Assembly (NCBI RefSeq): GCF_000012465.1
Contig: NC_007335.2
Coordinates: forward strand, 1,710,001-1,742,000
Length of the DNA: 32,000 nucleotides
Origin: Prochlorococcus marinus str. NATL2A
GTDB lineage: Bacteria > Cyanobacteriota > Cyanobacteriia > PCC-6307 > Cyanobiaceae
Direction of reading: 5' to 3'
The notes under the pieces were generated by a model that worked only from the letters and a program-made list of their open reading frames with translations, had not been told where the DNA came from and made no database searches. The position numbers and the translations under genes are program-made. Shown here piece by piece: positions 1 to 9,157 of this stretch. Numbering within the stretch: position 1 is the first letter of the stretch; every line of letters starts with the position of its first letter.

Positions 1-1
1 T

Positions 2-505
2 GAGTCTCCAAGAAGAGGTGAAACTTTCGTAACAAGGAAAATCACTAGAGGTTTAACAAGAATAAATTTAGGCTTAGAAAAATGCCTAGAGATGGGAAAC
101 ATTGATTCTCTAAGGGACTGGGGACATGCAAAAGACTATGTGGAGATGCAATGGAGAATGCTTCAACAAGAGACACCTGAAGATTATGTGATTGCAACTG
201 GCCAAACAACATCAGTTAGAAATTTTATAGAAAAATCATCTATTGCTCTGGGCTGGGGCGGAATCGAATGGGATGGAGAAAATGAGAAAGAAGTTGGCAG
301 AAGAAAAGACAATGGAGATCTGGTAATAAAAATCAATCCAGAGTTTTACAGGCCTGCCGAAGTAGAGCAATTATTAGGTGATGCGACAAAAGCACATAAC
401 AATCTCGGATGGAAGCCGAAAATAAAAATAGACGAATTAATAATGGAAATGATCAATGCTGATAAATTAATTGCTGAACTAGAACTAAAACAGATGTCTA
501 TTTAA
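2..505 (+). CDS. gmd: GDP-mannose 4,6-dehydratase, C-terminal part (5' end lies upstream of the window)
   Basis: The frame is open from base 2. ESPRRGETFVTRKITRGLTRINLGLEKCLE precedes the first Met of the listed 92..505 ORF. ESPRRGETFVTRKI and RDWGHAKDYVEMQW are hallmark GMD motifs. Stop is TAA at 503-505. Confidence 0.9.
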   Translation, partial: ESPRRGETFVTRKITRGLTRINLGLEKCLEMGNIDSLRDWGHAKDYVEMQWRMLQQETPEDYVIATGQTTSVRNFIEKSSIALGWGGIEWDGENEKEVGRRKDNGDLVIKINPEFYRPAEVEQLLGDATKAHNNLGWKPKIKIDELIMEMINADKLIAELELKQMSI

Positions 506-560
506 ATCAAAAAATCACCAATAATATTTTAGTTGTTATGTTATGTAAAAATATTGATTA

Positions 561-1739
561 ATGCTACTTACTATTGATTCACTTATAAGTGATGAACTCA
601 TAGATCACACAAAATATACATTATCAGGAAGCGAATCACTATCTTATTATGTAGATAAAACTGTAGGAGTTGAAAGCCTAGATAGATATTATTTAGATTC
701 TAATCAACAAACTAAATATTTAGATACAATTAAAACAATTAACCAAGGTCATAACCAAGAAGAGCAGAATTTTATCAAAGATATTTTTAATAGATTAGAT
801 TTAATTATTGATCTTGATTTCTATGAAATGTCACATAATAATGGTTCTATGCTTGATATCTATCACATAACTTACTCATCACATTTCGAACAAAATGTAA
901 TTGGTCAAGCAATTCAGCAAAAAACTAGCACTGGTGGATGGTGGGATATTTTTTGGAAGGATAGTCCTAATGAAAGAAGCTCAGATAGTAAAGAAAACTT
1001 TAATACAATACTCCACGAAATAGGCCATACACTTGGACTTAGTCATCCTAATGATGATCCTTTTGATAAAAATTTTAATTCCCAAGATACAATAATGTCT
1101 TACAATAAAGGTCCAGGAGATTGGGGACACTGGTTCTCCACAAAGGATATTAATGCATTGATAAAAATATGGGGAAGAGAAAATGATCTTGGTTTTATTG
1201 ACTTTGATGGTGATAGTGTTCAATATAAATTTAAAAAGTCAGAGGACAAAAAATACTTCATAGAAACTGAGATTGGGTTCGAAGATATAACTAACATTTA
1301 TAGTTTAAATTTCACAGATAAAACTATTAATGTAGGAGATGATATTATTGATGTTTTTAATTTATTAAATGATAAAGAAGATGCTACCAGCAAAATTTAC
1401 AGGCTCTATAACGCTTCATTTTCTAGGTTTCCAGATAAAGAAGGATTAAAATATTGGATTAATAAGAATAAGTCAGGTGAAAATACTTTTCGTCAAACTG
1501 CCAATTCTTTTATACTTTCGGATGAATTCACAAAAAAATACGGTAAAGATCCTAGCAACATTGATTACATCAAAAATCTCTATCAAAACGTTCTTAATAG
1601 AGATCCAGACATCATTGGACAATCATATTGGTTAGGTAAATTAAATGAAGGTTTGGAGGATAGAACAGAATTATTGATCGGATTTTCCGAATCTGAAGAA
1701 AATAAAAATATGTTTTCAATCGAAACAAATATTTTTTAA
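561..1739 (+). CDS. Metzincin (serralysin/matrixin-like) zinc metalloprotease with two C-terminal DUF4214-type repeats
   Basis: HEIGHTLGLSHP (an HExxHxxGxxH zinc site, nt ~1014-1049) is followed by a Met-turn-like DTIMSY and then DINALIKIWG. The C-terminus has two DUF4214-like units (IYRLYNASFSRFPDKEGLKYW and IKNLYQNVLNRDPDIIGQSYW). There is no hydrophobic N-terminal signal peptide and no tandem RTX block. Confidence 0.75.
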   Translation: MLLTIDSLISDELIDHTKYTLSGSESLSYYVDKTVGVESLDRYYLDSNQQTKYLDTIKTINQGHNQEEQNFIKDIFNRLDLIIDLDFYEMSHNNGSMLDIYHITYSSHFEQNVIGQAIQQKTSTGGWWDIFWKDSPNERSSDSKENFNTILHEIGHTLGLSHPNDDPFDKNFNSQDTIMSYNKGPGDWGHWFSTKDINALIKIWGRENDLGFIDFDGDSVQYKFKKSEDKKYFIETEIGFEDITNIYSLNFTDKTINVGDDIIDVFNLLNDKEDATSKIYRLYNASFSRFPDKEGLKYWINKNKSGENTFRQTANSFILSDEFTKKYGKDPSNIDYIKNLYQNVLNRDPDIIGQSYWLGKLNEGLEDRTELLIGFSESEENKNMFSIETNIF

Positions 1740-1831
1740 ATATCCTCTTATTAACATCTGAACGAAATTTCTTGAAATAATTAAGTATGGATACGCTTTA
1801 CAATATATAGTAGTTAGAAAGCATTAACAAA

Positions 1832-2014
1832 ATGGCCAACGTCACAATAGATGGAAAAGAATACGACGTCGATTCTCTTAGTAAGGAAGCAAAAGAACAA
1901 CTTGCGAGCTTAAAATTTGTCCAAGGTGAGATTCAAAGGCTTCAAGCCCAAATGGCAGTTTGCCAAACGGCAGCTGCTGCATACTCTAATGCATTAAAAA
2001 ATTTACTAGATTAA
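1832..2014 (+). CDS. Small (60 aa) Ala/Gln-rich coiled-coil protein of unknown function
   Basis: ATG start and a clean ORF. G+C is about 39% by my hand count, against much lower values in the flanking spacers. Heptad-like LASLKFVQGEIQRLQAQMAVCQTAAAAY. It sits directly upstream of the T1SS operon. I cannot name the family with certainty. Confidence 0.55.
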   Translation: MANVTIDGKEYDVDSLSKEAKEQLASLKFVQGEIQRLQAQMAVCQTAAAAYSNALKNLLD

Positions 2015-2093
2015 GGTGTTTTAACTAGTTCCATAAAATAATGCTCATATATAAAATACGTATATGAATACGAGAAATTACATATAAACTATA

Positions 2094-2840
2094 ATGGAAT
2101 CAATCAAATGTCTAAATGATGACACAATACAATTATTGTCAAAGCACAAATTACTTAAAACTCTTGTAAGGTCTGAAATAATTAAAGATGAGCTAAGTAA
2201 AATATACATAGATGAGAAGAGAAAAGAGGAGTTAATTTTAGAATTTAAAAAACAACAAAATATAATTGAAGACGATAAATATAAAAATTTCCTCAATATT
2301 AATCATCTCAATGATTATGATGTTGAGGACATCGCTCTAGGAAAAACTAGGATCTATGAATATTCTTTGAAGAATTTTGGTCACAAGATTGAATCTTGGT
2401 TTTTAGAGAGAAAAAGTCAATTAGATATAATCGTTTATAGCTTAATTAGAGTAAGTGATCCTTTTATAGCAAGAGAGCTTTACTTAAGAATACTCTCTAA
2501 AGAGACAGATATTGGTGATTTGGCTACAGAGTTTTCTGAGGGTATTGAGAAAAAAACTAGAGGTATTGTAGGTCCTATATCTATAGGCAATTCTCATCCA
2601 TCTCTTGCAAATTTTTTACAAAATTGTGAAATAGGTAAAGTACAACCACCCTTAAAAATCAATAACTCTTTTTTAATTATTAGAGTTGAGAACTTTGAGC
2701 CAGCAAAACTTGATGAAGACATGAAAAAGAATATGGGAGAAGAATTGCTTAACAAATGGCTGGACATTCAGGCAGATGATATGATAGAAAAATTAATAAA
2801 AAATCACTCCACAAAGTCAAATAATTCCATAACCTCATGA
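2094..2840 (+). CDS. PpiC/parvulin-type peptidyl-prolyl isomerase-like protein
   Basis: The C-terminal half fits a rotamase-domain pattern (ARELYLRI...DIGDLATEFSEG...GIVGPIS...LANFL...GKVQPPLKINNSFLIIRVE). Its stop overlaps the ABC gene start in ATGA (2837-2840), which implies translational coupling. Confidence 0.6.
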   Translation: MESIKCLNDDTIQLLSKHKLLKTLVRSEIIKDELSKIYIDEKRKEELILEFKKQQNIIEDDKYKNFLNINHLNDYDVEDIALGKTRIYEYSLKNFGHKIESWFLERKSQLDIIVYSLIRVSDPFIARELYLRILSKETDIGDLATEFSEGIEKKTRGIVGPISIGNSHPSLANFLQNCEIGKVQPPLKINNSFLIIRVENFEPAKLDEDMKKNMGEELLNKWLDIQADDMIEKLIKNHSTKSNNSITS

Positions 2841-5779
2841 ATGAAAATATTAATATAAGTTTAAGAGATATTGAAGGATTTAATTCAATTAGTGACTACA
2901 GTATTCAAGAGCTAAAAAATGATTTAAAGCCTATAAGATATAAACTTGGAATGCCTATTTGTGATACAAGTAATATTCCTAATAAAATAATAGTTATAGT
3001 TTCTGGCGAGGCAAGAGTTGTAAATGGGCAAATCAATAGTTGCGAATTAATTTCCAAACTAGGAGCTCAAGAATTTATTGGGCTAGCATCTCTTATCAAT
3101 GCTCGAGGTTGCGAATTAATTTCCGCAAGTACAGAACTTATAGGCTTATCATTTTCTGATAAATTAATCATCAAACTGTATAAAGAAGAAGAAAGTTTTA
3201 GAGAATGGTGCAACCAAAAAATACACCTTTCGGAAATCAATCAATTAGCCAATCATCTATATAATGATATAGCAGATTCAAATATCTCTATACAAACATT
3301 ATCAGATATTTTATCAAAAAATATTAGAGTTAAAACTTATAAAAATGATGAATTTATTTCTAATAATACAGAAATTAAAAATTATTTAATTAGTGATAAT
3401 GTTAATGATTCTACAATTTTTGATATTTTAGATCAACAAAAAATATCCACTAGAGGTCCATTTCCTGCAAGAATATTTGAATTAAATAAAGCAATTTATG
3501 CAAATATATCTAAACCTAAATCTACAAGTAAAAAGCCGTCAGAAGACAATATAAATTTAAATAAAAGCTTAAAAAGTGAAGACAAGATGCTTGATATAAG
3601 TTCAGAAAAAGTAGGTCAATACAACACAGAAAAGAACATTAAATTAATCAAAGGTCAAGGTGATCTAAGAGAGGCATTAGCTTGTTTGCAAATGCTTGCC
3701 TCAGAAATCAACTTGCCTTATCGTTCAGATTCTATTGAAAAAATTCTCCGAGATGCTTTAAATCGAGGGAAAAAGCCCAATCTTCAACTTCTTGGAGGTA
3801 TTACCTCAATAATGGGGTTGCATTCAACAATAGCTAAGGTACCTAAATCAGAAGCCAGTAGAATACCCTATCCCTCCATAATTGCTTGGAAAAATAGTTT
3901 TGCTCTTGTCAAAGAAACTAATAGTTTATTTCTAGAAATTATTTCACCAAATAAAGGTATTATCCGCTTAGATACTAATAACTTAGATGATAGTTTTAAT
4001 GACGGATTTATTGAACTACTTTTAGTTGAAAAGAATGATCAAACACCAAATATTAAATTTGGATTAAGCTGGCTTTTGCCTGCAATTAATAGGTATCGAG
4101 GAGTACTTTTACAAGTTTTGCTAGCCTCTTTTATTGCTCAACTTTTTGGGCTAGCAAACCCATTATTAATTCAAGTTGTCATTGATAAAGTTATTAGTCA
4201 GAGAAGTCTTGATACTCTTCAAATATTAGGTATCGCATTAATTGTAATCACAGTTTTAGGCGGAGTAATTAGTAGTTTAAGAACTTTTCTATTTAATGAG
4301 ACTACAAATAGAATAGACTCAAGGCTTGGTTCAGAGGTCATTGACCACCTTCTGCGCATACCCCTGGGATATTTCGATAAAAGACCAGTTGGTGAACTTG
4401 GGAGCAGAATTGCAGAACTAGAAAAAATAAGAAACTTTCTTACAGGTCAAGCCCTTACAACAATACTTGATGCTGCATTTTCAGTCATTTACATAATAAT
4501 AATGGCCCTTTACAGTTGGTTGTTAACCATAGTGGCTCTAATAGTTGTTCCAATTCAAATATTTATAACAATTATTGGTGCACCATTAATAAGAAGACAA
4601 ATAAGAGAAGTTGCTCAAAGAAACGCTAAAACCCAAAGTCATTTAGTCGAAATATTAACCGGTATACAAACCGTAAAAGCGCAAAACATAGAGAATGTCA
4701 GTCGCTGGAAGTGGCAAGAATTGTATGGAAGTTATATATCGAAGTCATTCCAAAAAACAATAACAGGTACAAGTTTAAATGAAATAAGTCAGGTTCTACA
4801 ACAAATATCTCAACTTCTTGTGTTATGGATTGGAGCAGGATTAGTACTAAATGGAAAGTTAACGTTAGGCCAACTTATCGCATTTAGAATTATATCTGGA
4901 TATGTAACTCAACCTCTTTTACGATTAAGTACAATATGGCAAAACATACAAGAACTAAAAGTCTCCTTTGAGAGATTGGCAGACATCATAGATACGCCTG
5001 AGGAATCTTCAGAAGTTGATAAAGCAAAAATTCCACTACCTAGCTTGAAAGGATTAATAGAATTTAAAAATGTAGAGTTTAAATTCAATCAAAACAGTCC
5101 TAATGTACTTAATAACATTAATCTCACAATAAAACCAGGTCAATTTGTAGGTATTGTCGGCCAAAGTGGTAGTGGAAAAAGTACACTTATGAAATTATTA
5201 CCCAGACTATATAAACCTAATGAAGGTAAAATACTAATTGATGGTTACGACATTAATAAAGTTGAACTATATTCTCTCAGGAGACAAATAGGTATTGTTC
5301 CACAAGAACCTTTATTATTTGCAGGTAATATTAGTAGCAATATATCTCTAATTGATCCAGAAGCACCCAGTGATGAGATTGTGAGAGTAGCTAAAATTTC
5401 GAATGCTCACGATTTTATTATGAGTCTTTCAGAAGGATATAGTACAGATATAGGTGAACGAGGAGCGGGATTATCTGGAGGCCAAAAACAAAGATTAGCT
5501 ATAGCAAGAACTTTATTAAGTAATCCGAAATTGTTAATACTTGATGAAGCTACAAGTGCTTTAGATTATCAGACTGAGAGAAAAGTATGTGAAGGTTTAA
5601 GAGAAGCTTGTAAAGAATCGACTGTATTTTTCATTACTCATAGATTAAACACAGTAAAAAATGCTGATGTCATCGTTATGCTTCACGATGGTTGTATTAG
5701 TGAAGTTGGTACGCATGATAAGCTAATGGAGCTTAAAGGTAGATATTTTGCTCTATATCGTCAACAGGACGCTTCATAA
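2837..5779 (+). CDS. Type I secretion ABC transporter (HlyB-like) with an N-terminal cyclic-nucleotide-binding domain and a catalytically degenerate C39-like domain
   Basis: N-terminal cNMP-binding-like fold (KIIVIVSGEARVV...FIGLASL...). A low-complexity Lys/Asn linker follows, then a C39-like segment (nt ~3650-3920) and a multi-helix TMD. The NBD has Walker A GQSGSGKST, signature LSGGQKQR, Walker B LLILDEATSALD and H-loop ITHRL. Confidence 0.9.
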   Translation: MNENINISLRDIEGFNSISDYSIQELKNDLKPIRYKLGMPICDTSNIPNKIIVIVSGEARVVNGQINSCELISKLGAQEFIGLASLINARGCELISASTELIGLSFSDKLIIKLYKEEESFREWCNQKIHLSEINQLANHLYNDIADSNISIQTLSDILSKNIRVKTYKNDEFISNNTEIKNYLISDNVNDSTIFDILDQQKISTRGPFPARIFELNKAIYANISKPKSTSKKPSEDNINLNKSLKSEDKMLDISSEKVGQYNTEKNIKLIKGQGDLREALACLQMLASEINLPYRSDSIEKILRDALNRGKKPNLQLLGGITSIMGLHSTIAKVPKSEASRIPYPSIIAWKNSFALVKETNSLFLEIISPNKGIIRLDTNNLDDSFNDGFIELLLVEKNDQTPNIKFGLSWLLPAINRYRGVLLQVLLASFIAQLFGLANPLLIQVVIDKVISQRSLDTLQILGIALIVITVLGGVISSLRTFLFNETTNRIDSRLGSEVIDHLLRIPLGYFDKRPVGELGSRIAELEKIRNFLTGQALTTILDAAFSVIYIIIMALYSWLLTIVALIVVPIQIFITIIGAPLIRRQIREVAQRNAKTQSHLVEILTGIQTVKAQNIENVSRWKWQELYGSYISKSFQKTITGTSLNEISQVLQQISQLLVLWIGAGLVLNGKLTLGQLIAFRIISGYVTQPLLRLSTIWQNIQELKVSFERLADIIDTPEESSEVDKAKIPLPSLKGLIEFKNVEFKFNQNSPNVLNNINLTIKPGQFVGIVGQSGSGKSTLMKLLPRLYKPNEGKILIDGYDINKVELYSLRRQIGIVPQEPLLFAGNISSNISLIDPEAPSDEIVRVAKISNAHDFIMSLSEGYSTDIGERGAGLSGGQKQRLAIARTLLSNPKLLILDEATSALDYQTERKVCEGLREACKESTVFFITHRLNTVKNADVIVMLHDGCISEVGTHDKLMELKGRYFALYRQQDAS

Positions 5780-5781
5780 AG

Positions 5782-6915
5782 ATGAGCAGCCTAAACAAAA
5801 AATTTTACTCATCGGTAATGAAAATAAAACACGTAGTTCCAAAATTAAAAAAAAAGTTTGGAACCCAAAAAATAATTTTTAAAAATTTTGAAATAAAAAA
5901 ATTATTAAATAATGTCGTAAACGAAAATAGATATTATAAAAAAACAAAAAAAATATTTAATGAGATAAAAATTCAAAATATTCAAGATAATATCGAAAGG
6001 TTATTCAAGAGTGATACTAATAAGATTGTATTAAAACAATCTAAATATTGGGCAAGAGCGATTACTTGGGTTCTTTTAGGAGGTACAGCATTTTCAATAG
6101 GATGGTTAGCCTTTGCCAAAACCGAGGAAATAGCAATTGTAATGGGAAATCTAGAACCGATTGGAGGAGTAGTCGATGTACAGATGCCACTTCAGGGGAT
6201 TGCACGGGAAATTCTAACCGAAGAAGGTTCTAGGGTAAAGAAAGGAGACGTTCTCATAAGGCTAGATACTGAAATAACAAAGGCACGTTTAGATTATCTT
6301 CTCGAAAATTTGAAATCTAAAAATTTAATACTTAATAAGCTAAAACAACTATTAGATGAAGGAGCTGTTTCAGAATTGCAATATCTTGAACAAAAAATCA
6401 GTGTAGAGGAACTAATGAGTGAAATAAAAGCAAATCAAGTGCAATTTAAATATCAAGAAATTAAAGCACCCATATCTGGCACAGTTTTTGATTTAAAACC
6501 TAAAAGCCCAGGATTCGTTGCCCAAACTAGTGAACCAGTACTTAAAATAGTTCCAGCCAATAATTTAATCGCAAAAGTTGAAATTGATAGTCGATCAATA
6601 GGATACATAAAAATTGGTAAAGCGGCAGACATAAGCATTGATACATTTCCTTCAACAGATTTTGGTGTAATTAAAGGAACAGTAACTAGTATTGGTTCAG
6701 ATGCATTGCCACCAGATCCATCGCAAGGTAAAGGATATAGATTTCCGGCAAAAATAAAATTAGATGAACAATTTTTAAAAGTTAAGACTGGAAAAAAGCT
6801 TGCTATTCAAGCAGGAATGGGTTTAACAGCAAATATCAAATTAAGAAAGTTAACTTATCTTCAACTACTTCTTAGTAATTTTAGTGACAAGGCCGAATCA
6901 CTAAATGCTATTTAA
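5782..6915 (+). CDS. HlyD-family membrane fusion protein (T1SS periplasmic adaptor)
   Basis: Starts 2 nt after the ABC gene stop. It has one N-terminal TM helix (ITWVLLGGTAFSIGWLAF) and a lipoyl/barrel-sandwich-like motif (VDVQMPLQGIAREILTEEGSRVKKGDVLIRLD). A coiled-coil middle and a beta-barrel C-terminus (GTVTSIGSDALPP...GMGLTANIK) follow. Confidence 0.85.
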   Translation: MSSLNKKFYSSVMKIKHVVPKLKKKFGTQKIIFKNFEIKKLLNNVVNENRYYKKTKKIFNEIKIQNIQDNIERLFKSDTNKIVLKQSKYWARAITWVLLGGTAFSIGWLAFAKTEEIAIVMGNLEPIGGVVDVQMPLQGIAREILTEEGSRVKKGDVLIRLDTEITKARLDYLLENLKSKNLILNKLKQLLDEGAVSELQYLEQKISVEELMSEIKANQVQFKYQEIKAPISGTVFDLKPKSPGFVAQTSEPVLKIVPANNLIAKVEIDSRSIGYIKIGKAADISIDTFPSTDFGVIKGTVTSIGSDALPPDPSQGKGYRFPAKIKLDEQFLKVKTGKKLAIQAGMGLTANIKLRKLTYLQLLLSNFSDKAESLNAI

Positions 6916-7268
6916 TTCATAGGTGCAGATCAATCTCATAGAGAAATATATGATATATATAAATACAAAAATCTAATAAAAATGCTGCTTATAAAAATAT
7001 TATTTAACTAGCTAAACCAATCAACAAAAAAATAATCGAAAAAGAAGAGATATAATTTATAAAAATGAAAAATTAAATGAAAAATATATAAGAAATAAAA
7101 TTACTCAGGATTAGAAATTTATCTACGATAATTAAACAATCGATAAAACATAAACTTACAATAAAAAGAAATACTAAAAAGAAAATCAGATTAAAGAATG
7201 CAACTTTGATTTCTTAAAGGTTTACTAGTCATTAATTGATAATGACTCATGAATAGTAGTTATAAGGC

Positions 7269-7302
7269 AAAAAAAAACCTCTGGTTTCCCAGAGGCTTTT
7301 TG
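7269..7302. terminator. Bidirectional rho-independent terminator
   Basis: An A9 run (7269-7277) precedes a perfect 7-bp stem, CCTCTGG (7278-7284) / CCAGAGG (7289-7295), with loop TTTC, followed by CTTTTT. It lies ~20 nt downstream of the TAA of the minus-strand 606-aa ORF. It is also the first strong hairpin after the plus-strand hlyD-like gene. Confidence 0.65.
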
Positions 7303-7321
7303 GATAAGTCTTTAATTAAAC

Positions 7322-9142
7322 TTAGATATGGAAAATACCAGCTGCATGAGTAACAGCTACCTTAGTGATAACAGTATCATTAAGTTGGAAGAACTGGTCA
7401 TCTGAGTTATTGGTGTTAGCACCTTCAGAGAAGATGAATGAATCACCACCTGTAGTGTAAGCAACAACATCACCTGCAGCATGTGTACCAGCAGCTGCAG
7501 CAGCTAGGAACTCTAGTCCTGTAGCAGTACCTGTGTTCTTGGTGTAAACACCTTCAGCAGCACCAGTACCAACTGTGTAACCGGTAATAGTACCATCACC
7601 GTCGGTTGCGGTTCCTCCTGGAACAAGAATATTAGCCTCAGTATTTAATGCATATCCGGTAATTATTATCGGTGCACTAGCACTACCAAGGGTCTGACCT
7701 GCAGTAGCTGTGATCGACAATGAAGCTCCAGTTTGATCAATTGTCGTGATTGAAGAAGCAGTAAAGTTAGCTCCAAAAGTGGCTGTAGATGCTGCAGTCG
7801 TAAAATCGAGAATCTCAATACCGCTGATTCCTACAATGTCGGCGTCAACAATGGTTCCTTGATTTGTGATTGAGAGAATGTCACCAGTACCACCTTGACC
7901 ATCAAGAGCTGGGTTAGCAACGCTGAAGGCATCAAAAACAGCATCAGTCACTCTGAAAGTATCGTTACCTGTACCAGCATTAACTGTATCCCCACCAGCG
8001 ACTGTAATGAAGTCTGCAGCAGTACCAGCTGTAATTACGTCAATTTGTGGTGTACCAATGATGTCATTGGCCGTTGTTGGAAGTCCAGTAATTCGAGCAC
8101 CGAATGAGCCAGTAAATCCAGAGAGATCAACATACTCGAAGCCAGTAACGGTTCCAGTTGGTACTGAACCGTCTATGCTGACGATTTGATTCGTTGTCGA
8201 GGTTAAATCAACATTCAAACCACCAAGGATAGCTGCAAAATTAAGATCCAATGTATCTGTTCCGGCACCAGCTGCAATTACGTCACCAGAATTTGCCCAC
8301 ATAAATGTGTCATTACCATCTGAACCTGTATATGTGGCAGCAGCAGTTGAAGATCTTGTAGTCGTCTGTAGAACAGAACCACCTACTCCCATGCCAGATG
8401 CATCAATTACTGTTACATCTTCTGCAGTAGAAATAATTTCAACATCATTTGTACCAGTTAAATTGACCGCCATGGTAGCTCCAGTTGCAGTCATAGACAA
8501 GCCACTAAGGTCCAAGTCAACTTGAAGAGCTGTTTCTGGCTTGATAACAAGTGTTTCAACGTCAGCCATTGTGATCTTCAAATCATCATTTGCGGATGCT
8601 GCTGAAACATTAACTGTTTGAGATTCAGTACCACTGACAGTTGCCAACTTAATTTCTAGTTCTGAAGCAGTACCGTCAGTAGTCGTGTAATCAACCGTGA
8701 CACCAGAAGCCAAACTAGATAGTTCAAGTTTTTCGGATGAAATATCAACGACATTTATCTGAGACAAGCCTGAAGCCTTAGACATATCCAAAACGTACTC
8801 AGTACCATGATCAGCCAAACTTATATCGAAGTTTTCAATACCTGTCATGTTTGGAGTAACGCTAGCATCTGTCGCAGCATCATAGGAAGCTGAAACTGTG
8901 TCTGTATTTGCAGTACCTACAACAGAAATTGTTGTAGCAGCCTCACCATCATCGAAATCATTTAAGCCAAAGGTTAAGTCAGTAATGACTCCTGAATAAC
9001 CTGAGAAATCAAATACAGCACTATTAGTTGCAGTTAAAGTATCAGATGCATTTATACGGAATGAAGACAATGCATTACCACCTGTAACGTTGACTGCTGT
9101 AGCAGCGTTCAAACCGTTAGCAGCATTACCATCTGAATCCAT
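7322..9142 (-). CDS. C-terminal 606-aa segment of the giant Thr/Gly/Ala/Asp-rich repeat surface protein (candidate T1SS substrate)
   Basis: ATG at 9142. Isolated RTX-like nonapeptides are present (AGAGTDTLD, GTGNDTFRV, SDGNDTFMW). The module grammar matches the upstream ORF. I spotted no Cys and no signal peptide. It is in the same frame as 9155..12268. Confidence 0.7.
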   Translation of the reverse strand: MDSDGNAANGLNAATAVNVTGGNALSSFRINASDTLTATNSAVFDFSGYSGVITDLTFGLNDFDDGEAATTISVVGTANTDTVSASYDAATDASVTPNMTGIENFDISLADHGTEYVLDMSKASGLSQINVVDISSEKLELSSLASGVTVDYTTTDGTASELEIKLATVSGTESQTVNVSAASANDDLKITMADVETLVIKPETALQVDLDLSGLSMTATGATMAVNLTGTNDVEIISTAEDVTVIDASGMGVGGSVLQTTTRSSTAAATYTGSDGNDTFMWANSGDVIAAGAGTDTLDLNFAAILGGLNVDLTSTTNQIVSIDGSVPTGTVTGFEYVDLSGFTGSFGARITGLPTTANDIIGTPQIDVITAGTAADFITVAGGDTVNAGTGNDTFRVTDAVFDAFSVANPALDGQGGTGDILSITNQGTIVDADIVGISGIEILDFTTAASTATFGANFTASSITTIDQTGASLSITATAGQTLGSASAPIIITGYALNTEANILVPGGTATDGDGTITGYTVGTGAAEGVYTKNTGTATGLEFLAAAAAGTHAAGDVVAYTTGGDSFIFSEGANTNNSDDQFFQLNDTVITKVAVTHAAGIFHI

Positions 9143-9154
9143 TGATACATCAGC

Positions 9155-9157
9155 CTA
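9155..9157 (-). other. In-frame TAG separating the two halves of the giant repeat-protein reading frame
   Basis: The minus strand reads ...ATT ATC TCA GGT TAG GCT GAT GTA TCA ATG GAT TCA GAT.... 12268-7322+1 = 4947 = 3 x 1649, so both ORFs and the 12-nt spacer share one frame. Confidence 0.9.

Noticed and set aside
981-1223. Short opposite-strand or alternative-frame ORFs inside well-supported genes (981-1223, 2078-2296, 6048-6233, 6453-6638, 9169-9357, 13850-14032, 14452-14709, 22145-22327, 31760-31945)
   Set aside because: Each is nested in a longer ORF with clear family motifs, and their own translations are low-complexity with no recognisable motif.
1832-2014. The 60-aa ORF as a double-glycine bacteriocin/lanthipeptide precursor exported by the adjacent C39-ABC transporter
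   Set aside because: There is no GG/GA leader-cleavage motif and only one Cys. The transporter's C39-like domain appears to lack both catalytic residues, so leader processing is unlikely.
2045-2067. The hairpin TCATATA-N9-TATATGA after the small ORF as a terminator
   Set aside because: The stem is entirely weak (one G/C pair), there is no U-tract, and the downstream ppiC-like gene is probably co-transcribed.
7227-7247. A perfect 8-bp inverted repeat, AGTCATTA-attga-TAATGACT, in the spacer downstream of hlyD
   Set aside because: It is AT-only apart from two G/C pairs, has no flanking U-run, and is expected by chance in a long AT-rich spacer. The strong terminator at 7278-7295 explains termination.
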